A DNA stretch of 32,000 nucleotides, from positions 1,298,172-1,330,171 of the forward strand of contig NZ_CP093361.1 of the NCBI RefSeq assembly GCF_023380205.1, read 5' to 3'. The position numbers and the translations under genes were made by a program. The notes under the pieces were generated by a model. The model was not told where the DNA came from. It searched no databases and saw nothing but the letters and a program-made list of their open reading frames with translations. The DNA comes from Nicoliella spurrieriana (GTDB taxonomy: Bacteria > Bacillota > Bacilli > Lactobacillales > Lactobacillaceae). How positions within the stretch are numbered: the stretch's first letter is position 1; every line of letters begins with the position of its first letter. This document shows, piece by piece, positions 1 to 5,633 of this stretch.

Positions 1-269
1 TGGGCATCCGTAATCTTTAATGTCGATGGTTTCAAAAATTCAATGTCGTTAATGGAATCTAAGCCTTTAAAGTGTAAGATCACAAAGTTCTTTTGAGTCC
101 GCACCTTATCAATGGTTAATTCAACCTGCTGCCCATTATTTAAAAACGCAGTGACTTGGTTACCAATAAAGAACCGGTGCTCTGGAAAATCAGTGGTTGA
201 GATCACCCGGACCTCGCCCCGAATTCCCTGGGTATTTACAATTTTGCCAATATTATAGTATGAAATAAT
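1..269 (-). CDS. rimM: 16S rRNA processing protein RimM, N-terminal part (gene runs off the window start)
   Basis: Absent from the ORF track because it has no ATG/GTG/TTG start. My translation of the minus strand from 269 gives IISYYNIGKIVNTQGIRGEVRVISTTDFPEHRFFIGNQV..., the conserved RimM N-terminal signature. Its position after rpsP-khpA matches Firmicute synteny. An in-frame TAG lies at 276-278, so the start must be ATC (270-272) or ATT (267-269 or 264-266). Confidence 0.8.
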   Translation of the reverse strand, partial: MISYYNIGKIVNTQGIRGEVRVISTTDFPEHRFFIGNQVTAFLNNGQQVELTIDKVRTQKNFVILHFKGLDSINDIEFLKPSTLKITDA

Positions 270-291
270 GATTACCTACTTTCTAAATAGT

Positions 292-329
292 AAAAAAACC
301 CTTAAATAAAACCAGTGGTTTTATCTAAG
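292..329 (-). terminator. Rho-independent terminator/attenuator-like hairpin between khpA and rimM
   Basis: Arms 301-313 (cttaaataaaacc) and 317-329 (ggttttatctaag) form a 13-bp AT-rich stem with one A-C mismatch and a 3-nt loop. On the minus strand the stem is followed by GG plus T7 (292-298). Confidence 0.45.
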
Positions 330-334
330 AGCTT

Positions 335-586
335 TTATTTTTGACCGTCTTCAATAATCAATCTAACCCGCTTATTACCATTTACCCGAACACTGTAAAC
401 GATGGTCCGGATTGTCTGAGCGATATGGCCCTTTTTACCGATAATCCGTCCTACATCCTTTGGGTTGGTCTGTAAATGATATTCATAAAACCGGTCAGTT
501 TCATTATGCTGAATAGTAACGTCATCTGGATATTCCACCAGTGGCTTAACGATTGTTTTAATTAACTTGTCAAAATTAGTCGTCAT
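335..586 (-). CDS. khpA: KH-domain RNA-binding protein (YlqC/KhpA family)
   Basis: An 83-aa ORF with the KH GXXG loop region VGRIIGKKGHIAQTIR. It sits immediately downstream of rpsP, as in Bacilli. Confidence 0.85.
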   Translation of the reverse strand: MTTNFDKLIKTIVKPLVEYPDDVTIQHNETDRFYEYHLQTNPKDVGRIIGKKGHIAQTIRTIVYSVRVNGNKRVRLIIEDGQK

Positions 587-596
587 TACTAATCAC

Positions 597-872
597 TTAT
601 TTCTTAGTAGATTTTGATTCGTGGTACTTCTTCATGATTCCTGCATTAGATAATAAATTACGAACAGTATCTGAAGGTTGTGCACCCTTACCTAACCAAC
701 TCAAGATATCGTCTTCTTCAAGCTTTACTTGTGATGGCTTAGTAAGTGGGTTATAAGTACCAACGATTTGGATGAAGCGACCATCACGAGGACTTCTTGA
801 GTCTGCGACAACGACACGGTAGAAAGGACGCTTCTTTGAACCCATTCTTCTTAAACGAATTTTAACTGACAT
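597..872 (-). CDS. rpsP: 30S ribosomal protein S16
   Basis: [35 protein letters not shown]-like sequence is the classic S16 N-terminus. ATG is at 870-872, preceded by GGAGGTG. Confidence 0.97.
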   Translation of the reverse strand: MSVKIRLRRMGSKKRPFYRVVVADSRSPRDGRFIQIVGTYNPLTKPSQVKLEEDDILSWLGKGAQPSDTVRNLLSNAGIMKKYHESKSTKK

Positions 873-906
873 TCAAACACCTCCTATATTTCTTTTAACA
901 AATAAT

Positions 907-935
907 AATATACCAAGATTTCGATAAGATGTAAA
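907..935 (-). promoter_or_regulatory. Candidate sigma-A promoter for rpsP-khpA
   Basis: On the minus strand: -35 TTTACA (930-935), a 17-nt spacer, and -10 TATATT (907-912) with an upstream TGG (extended -10-like). It lies about 35 nt upstream of the rpsP ATG. Confidence 0.4.
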
Positions 936-971
936 GTGTTTTTTCTTTACACCACTTATTTTTTTAAATCA

Positions 972-1265
972 TTATTCAAACGGACTGAGTAATAACTGCT
1001 TAGATTCAGCCGTTACGTAGCTATTATTGTGTAAAATAAACGCCTGAACCGACTGATAATCATTAAAATCGACCCGTGCTTTTACCATTCCAGTAGCTAA
1101 TAGTTGTTTTGCAATTCCAATCAGTTCCGGTGTGATTTGATTGGGCATAAATGGATTATCATCGTCAATATCTTGCCAACGATCCTTTAACACACCCATT
1201 GCACGCTTAATTTTTGGATCACCGTTAAATAACATTTTTAGTGTTGTTGGTTCTAATAATGGCAT
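972..1265 (-). CDS. Hypothetical small protein (97-99 aa), third gene of the AAA+/VWA cassette
   Basis: The ORF track gives 972-1271. The first ATG (1269-1271) abuts the GGGGGG run (1272-1277) with zero spacing. The second ATG (1263-1265) has 6-nt spacing and is the more plausible start. The ORF begins 6-12 nt after the VWA gene stop (1278-1280). I recognise no family, signal peptide or TM segment. An acidic patch QDIDDDNPF lies at 1149-1175. Confidence 0.6.
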   Translation of the reverse strand: MPLLEPTTLKMLFNGDPKIKRAMGVLKDRWQDIDDDNPFMPNQITPELIGIAKQLLATGMVKARVDFNDYQSVQAFILHNNSYVTAESKQLLLSPFE

Positions 1266-1277
1266 CGCCATCCCCCC

Positions 1278-2543
1278 TTAATTAATTTGACGGTCAATGG
1301 ATACCGCCGTTCCTGGGTAGTGCTCGATCAGCGAAAAATCACGTTTAGACGTCGTTAAAATCCAGACTACGTTTTTAAATCCGTAGTCATTTAATTGTTT
1401 TTCGCCCTTGCCATCAGTCATGATGATGGTTAAAGTATCAATCAACTTTGAACGATGTTGATTCAAAAAGTGAAAGATTGCTTGAAAACTAGTCCCCCCA
1501 CCACCAATCCGTTGGTAATGAAGCTGTTGTGCGTTACTAGTCAGATAGCGAGCGTTAAAGTGGACCTGCGAATCAAAACTATAAATCGTTACTTCGATGC
1601 TCTCCTGGCTTAAAAAGTGGCCAATTTCATTCAACAGGTCCGTAATTTCTGAATCGCCCATTGAACCCGAATTATCAATAAATAAATTGATACGTCTAAC
1701 GGTATCACTAACCTTCCCGGATAATTCCATCCGGTACGCCTGGCGACGGTTAAAGCGAGCTCGTGATTCAAGCCGCCCAAATGGCGTGGTTCCTAACCCC
1801 ACTTTCAATAACTGGCGCCAGTTATTAATTTTAGGCGCCATTGCAGCGGCCGTTAAATTGGCAACCACGTTGCCAGGCAGCGTCCCGCGTTGCTTATCCG
1901 GCGTTTGCTGCCAAGCAAGGTTGATTAACTGCCTTAATTTGCCTTGTTGTAACGGGCGCTCTTGGTCGCCGAATTGCTGCCATCCCGCATGGGAATCATG
2001 CTGATTAGTCTGGGCTTGAATCATTTGTCGTGCAACTGTTGCGGCCGAACGATTACCACGTGGTTTCAATTTACGGAGTTGTGTTAAATAGTAATGCGAG
2101 CCCATGTCAGCTGCTAAATCGCTACCTAACTGAAAGTTTAATTGATCCAACGTATTAGCACTTTGCCGTCCTAAATATTGATCAACTACAATATCACACG
2201 CTAATTGATTGAGTGTATCTGCCCGTGGGTACATCAATGGATGGCCGAACGAAAGATGCAGGGCCACCTGCCTTAAAATGCTATCCAATTGGTCAACGGT
2301 CAAATCCGCATTAATGAAGCGGTCGGGATTGATCAATAATTCGATTTGATGGTCAAGCCAACCAATTCCAAGCGCACCGTTAAATAACGTTGCAAAGTGT
2401 CTTGGTAATTGTAATAACACTTCTCCGTAAAAACGGCTAGTTTGCTCGATTTTGATAATCTGCCCACCCACGATGGAATCAATCAATTGCTGCTTGTTTC
2501 CAGTCGGTTCCTGCAGACGGGCCAATTGTGATGCGACGTCCAT
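1278..2543 (-). CDS. VWA (MIDAS) domain protein with a DUF2201_N-like, HExxH-less N-terminal domain
   Basis: The C-terminal half (about 1344-1694) has a complete MIDAS set: DNSGS (1662-1676), GGGGTSF (T351) and MTDG (D377). The N-terminal half resembles the putative-metallopeptidase domain that precedes VWA in DUF2201-type proteins (RFYGEVLLQL...LINPDRF...LHLSFGH...ACDIVVDQYL), as I recall that family. The start is 11 nt after the AAA+ gene stop, behind GGGGGTGG. Confidence 0.8.
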   Translation of the reverse strand: MDVASQLARLQEPTGNKQQLIDSIVGGQIIKIEQTSRFYGEVLLQLPRHFATLFNGALGIGWLDHQIELLINPDRFINADLTVDQLDSILRQVALHLSFGHPLMYPRADTLNQLACDIVVDQYLGRQSANTLDQLNFQLGSDLAADMGSHYYLTQLRKLKPRGNRSAATVARQMIQAQTNQHDSHAGWQQFGDQERPLQQGKLRQLINLAWQQTPDKQRGTLPGNVVANLTAAAMAPKINNWRQLLKVGLGTTPFGRLESRARFNRRQAYRMELSGKVSDTVRRINLFIDNSGSMGDSEITDLLNEIGHFLSQESIEVTIYSFDSQVHFNARYLTSNAQQLHYQRIGGGGTSFQAIFHFLNQHRSKLIDTLTIIMTDGKGEKQLNDYGFKNVVWILTTSKRDFSLIEHYPGTAVSIDRQIN

Positions 2544-2554
2544 TTGACCACCCC

Positions 2555-3697
2555 CTAAAGCGTATCAAACCCAATTTGTTCCAAGCGTTGATATAACGCT
2601 TTAAAGCCGGCTGTCCCATTTTGCGCGTTTTTATAAAGTGCTGCCAGTTTATTGGAATCAGTTACTAACGCTAATCCACATGCATATTGACCATCTGGAT
2701 TGATTAGTTGCAATAACTGATCCAAGCGTTCAACAAAGGGGGGCTCTAGCCCCTGATTGCGCTCTAAAGCCGCTTTAATCACGGCCACCCGGCCCACTTG
2801 GTCAAGCGCCATAAACTGTGTCCTTGCATCGGACCATTCGCTGGTAAAGACATCCCTTGAGACCACCTGTTGGTCCGCTTGATTCAAAAACGTTTGAAGG
2901 GCGACCGCTGTTTGGGTCCCGATATCACCAGCAAAAACATCCAGTTGAATTGCCTGGCGTTCACTACTGGATAACTTTAATAACTGTTGATAGTTATTGG
3001 ATAATCGTTCCCATGCCCGGGGCGTCGGAAATAAATCATCACCACTGACCTTAGTGCTCAACATCTCAGGATGCTCAGTTAGATAATCAATAATGCGGGG
3101 GTGAATCGAATGTGTAGTAGTGGCCCAATTGAGCCAGTCATTGATGTCAGTTCTCATTACTAACCTAACCGTTCGGTCCTTGATCGCATCGTCGCCACTT
3201 ACCACGTGATAATCACGATCGGCAAAGTCACTCATGGTCGCATCGGGATTTTCAGCAATAATAATGTGGACCTGTTCGGGAAGTTTTAAACTGTTGATCG
3301 ACCGCTGCAAGACTAAGTTCATTAACTCACTTTGTACGCCCTGACTCCCCCGGTTAAATTCATCCAAGAACCAATAGATTGGGACTTCGGGGTGCCGCTC
3401 TGCAAATTGAATGATTTCAATCAACTGGTGGGAATAACCAAATTGAACGTCGGCTAACTTACCATACTGCTTAGTTTGGACGAATGAATCAGCAGTGAGC
3501 GGGGGCACTGGAATTGCTAAATCCCCCTTTTCGGATAAACTAACGACGGTCGTAAACAATTTGGCATTATTTTGACGTGCTAAATCAGCCACCAATGCTG
3601 ACTTCCCAATTCCAGCATCCCCAACAATATTAGGAACGTTTCCACCGCTAATGACCACGTTTACTGCCGTTAGTAATTGTTGATAACTTAATGCCAT
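2555..3697 (-). CDS. MoxR/AAA_5-like AAA+ ATPase (single module, 380 aa)
   Basis: Walker A is GDAGIGKS (3599-3622) and Walker B is IYWFLDEF (3359-3376). A sensor-1-like IIIAEN and a MoxR-type sensor-2 PTPRAWERL are also present. A strong SD (AGGGAGGG) lies 6 nt upstream of the ATG at 3695-3697. Confidence 0.85.
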   Translation of the reverse strand: MALSYQQLLTAVNVVISGGNVPNIVGDAGIGKSALVADLARQNNAKLFTTVVSLSEKGDLAIPVPPLTADSFVQTKQYGKLADVQFGYSHQLIEIIQFAERHPEVPIYWFLDEFNRGSQGVQSELMNLVLQRSINSLKLPEQVHIIIAENPDATMSDFADRDYHVVSGDDAIKDRTVRLVMRTDINDWLNWATTTHSIHPRIIDYLTEHPEMLSTKVSGDDLFPTPRAWERLSNNYQQLLKLSSSERQAIQLDVFAGDIGTQTAVALQTFLNQADQQVVSRDVFTSEWSDARTQFMALDQVGRVAVIKAALERNQGLEPPFVERLDQLLQLINPDGQYACGLALVTDSNKLAALYKNAQNGTAGFKALYQRLEQIGFDTL

Positions 3698-3709
3698 TTC
3701 AATCCCTCC

Positions 3710-3747
3710 CTAAAATAAAATAGCCATTGCACAAAAGCGGCAATGAC
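3710..3747 (-). terminator. Weak terminator-like hairpin downstream of ffh
   Basis: A 6-bp stem (CATTGC 3725-3730 / GCAATG 3740-3745) with a 9-nt loop. On the minus strand it is followed by the T-rich ctattttatttt. The stem is short, so read-through is likely. Confidence 0.3.
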
Positions 3748-3754
3748 CATTAAA

Positions 3755-5212
3755 CTACTTCTTCCGCTTTTTATTGCGGCGTTTCTTATTCTTTTTCATC
3801 TTGCGGGCCATGCGCTTCATTGCCATGTTAGACAACTTACCACCGATGCCACCACCCATTGCGGAACCATTGACACCGATGCTATTCATCATGTTTTCCA
3901 TCCCGGCCATGTTCCCGTTTGACATCTTATTCATCATTTTCTTCATCGAATTGAACTGCTTGATCATCCGATTGACTTCTTGAATAGGTCTTGCAGAACC
4001 CCGTGCGATCCGTCTGCGTCTCGATGGATTTAAAATATCCGGATTTTCCCGTTCCTGAGCGGTCATCGAATAAATAACCGCTTCAATGTGGGCAATATCC
4101 TTAGGGTCCATATTAACGTTCTTTAATGCGGGGTTATTCGCCATCCCTGGAATCATTTTCATGATGTCTTCGAGTGGACCCATCTTTTGAATTTGTTTCA
4201 TTTGATCCAAAAAGTCATTAAAATCAAAGGTGTTCTCACGCATCTTTTCGGCCATTTCTTCAGCCTGTTTTTGATCATAATCCTTTTGGGTCTTTTCAAT
4301 TAAGGATAGAATATCCCCCATCCCTAAAATTCGTGAAGCCATTCGATCAGGATGGAAGACGTCTAAATCAGTTAATTTTTCACCCTGTCCAACGAATTTA
4401 ATTGGTTTATCGGTCACCGCCCGAATCGAAAGAGCGGCTCCACCACGGGTATCACCATCTAACTTAGTTAGGACCACTCCGGTAATGTCTAATGCGTCAT
4501 TGAACCCCTCAGCAGTTTCAACCGCATTTTGTCCGGTCATTGCATCAACGACCAATAGAATTTCATCTGGATGAACCATTTCCTGGATGTCCTTTAGTTC
4601 ATCCATCAATTTTTCATCAATTTGCAGCCGTCCAGCCGTATCAATGATCACATAATCATTATGGTCTTCCTTAGCTTGAGCCATTCCCTTTTCAACGATT
4701 TCACGGGGATCCACATCGGTCCCCATTGAAAAGACTGGCACTTCAACTTGGGCCCCGACCTGTTGCAGTTGGTCAATGGCAGCTGGCCGATAAATATCGG
4801 CTGCAATTAGCAACGGACGAGCCTTTTGTTCGTCCTTTAACTTTAATGCTAATTTCCCAGCAGTCGTCGTTTTCCCGGCCCCTTGTAGCCCCGCCATCAT
4901 AATGACGGTCGGAATCTTATCTGATTTATTGAGCGGAACCGCAGTTTCACCCATCATCTTAGTTAATTCTTCATCGACAATTTTGACGATTTGTTGGGCG
5001 GGATTTAATCCCTCTAAGACATCCGCACCCTTGGCACGTTCTTGGACCTTTTTAACGAACTTTCTAACCACACCGAAGTTAACGTCGGCTTCTAGTAGTG
5101 CCAAGCGAATTTCACGCATCGTTGCGCGAAGGTCGGACTCACTGACCTTCCCCTTCCCACGGAGATTTCGCATGGCTTTTTGGAGTCGTTCGGTCAAACC
5201 TTCAAATGCCAT
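3755..5212 (-). CDS. ffh: Signal recognition particle protein Ffh
   Basis: Shows the N/G domain motifs GLQGAGKTTT, DTAGR and TKLDGD, a Met-rich M domain, and a long basic C-terminal tail. Confidence 0.97.
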   Translation of the reverse strand: MAFEGLTERLQKAMRNLRGKGKVSESDLRATMREIRLALLEADVNFGVVRKFVKKVQERAKGADVLEGLNPAQQIVKIVDEELTKMMGETAVPLNKSDKIPTVIMMAGLQGAGKTTTAGKLALKLKDEQKARPLLIAADIYRPAAIDQLQQVGAQVEVPVFSMGTDVDPREIVEKGMAQAKEDHNDYVIIDTAGRLQIDEKLMDELKDIQEMVHPDEILLVVDAMTGQNAVETAEGFNDALDITGVVLTKLDGDTRGGAALSIRAVTDKPIKFVGQGEKLTDLDVFHPDRMASRILGMGDILSLIEKTQKDYDQKQAEEMAEKMRENTFDFNDFLDQMKQIQKMGPLEDIMKMIPGMANNPALKNVNMDPKDIAHIEAVIYSMTAQERENPDILNPSRRRRIARGSARPIQEVNRMIKQFNSMKKMMNKMSNGNMAGMENMMNSIGVNGSAMGGGIGGKLSNMAMKRMARKMKKNKKRRNKKRKK

Positions 5213-5225
5213 TATTTCACCACTT

Positions 5226-5573
5226 TCATTCTTCTTCTATTTTTTCGAGATCATCCACTAACTCCACTAGCTGTTGATCATTCGCATAGTGTTGATGGAT
5301 GTATTCCTTAATTCGATCCGTCTTTTGATTCCGCGAAACAAAATCATAGTAAAGGTGGAGCTGTGATTCATACTTTTCTAAAATTAATTCGGTTCGTCTA
5401 ATATTATCATAAACCGCCTGGCGACTGATGGAAAACTCCTCGGAAATTTCTCCTAGGGAATAATCATCGACGTAATAGCGTTGCATGTAGCTATTTTGTT
5501 TCTTCGTCAACAGGGGCCGATAAAATGACAACAGGGAATTAATCCGGTAATTCTTGGCTAATTCCAAATCCAT
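5226..5573 (-). CDS. ylxM: UPF0122/YlxM putative helix-turn-helix protein of the SRP operon
   Basis: The ORF track extends to 5633. The internal ATG at 5571-5573 ([18 protein letters not shown]...) follows GGAGGA at good spacing and gives the usual ~115-aa YlxM. The gene lies directly upstream of ffh. Confidence 0.85.
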   Translation of the reverse strand: MDLELAKNYRINSLLSFYRPLLTKKQNSYMQRYYVDDYSLGEISEEFSISRQAVYDNIRRTELILEKYESQLHLYYDFVSRNQKTDRIKEYIHQHYANDQQLVELVDDLEKIEEE

Positions 5574-5633
5574 TCCTCCATTTGGATAATTGCACTCCAT
5601 TATAGAATACATAATTAAAAGGAACTTCGTCAA

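Noticed and set aside
870-886. Similarity between the rpsP translation-initiation region (cattcaaacacctccta, 870-886) and that of the AAA+ gene (catttcaatccctcccta, 3695-3712), considered as a target-site duplication
   Set aside because: The shared bases are essentially an SD plus a short spacer plus ATG, which any two well-expressed genes share. The match is imperfect and too short to distinguish from chance.
930-951. Hairpin tgtaaag-N8-ctttaca as the terminator of the cassette
   Set aside because: The stem is only 7 AT-rich base pairs and has no downstream U-tract on the minus strand. It overlaps the proposed rpsP -35. It is recorded as a structural note only.
1597-2004. A 135-aa + strand ORF with a Cys-rich C-terminus, antisense to the VWA gene
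   Set aside because: It lies fully inside a well-supported minus-strand CDS in the GC-richer part of the cassette. It has no SD and a low-complexity, improbable composition. It looks like a typical antisense shadow ORF.
1278-3697. Reading the AAA+/VWA pair as the cobaltochelatase subunits CobS/CobT
   Set aside because: CobS-CobT is a MoxR-like/VWA pair, but it works with CobN in cobalamin clusters. No cobN or other cob/cbi genes are present in the window. The VWA partner has a DUF2201_N-like N-domain rather than a CobT layout, as far as I can judge without a profile search.
873-3754. The cassette as a recognisable mobile element, prophage remnant or integrative island
   Set aside because: There is no integrase, transposase or recombinase gene and no tRNA target. 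I could find no inverted or direct terminal repeats at the two junction spacers. Foreign origin remains possible, but the mechanism is not visible.
4902-5261. Long + strand ORFs antisense to core genes (4902-5261, 7386-7694, 16229-16555, 24133-24546, 27624-27896 and the other short + strand entries in the track)
   Set aside because: Each is wholly contained in a strongly supported minus-strand housekeeping gene. None has an SD or promoter context, and the sequences are Ser/Pro/Arg/Leu-rich shadow-frame products. The only credible + strand gene is rpmB.
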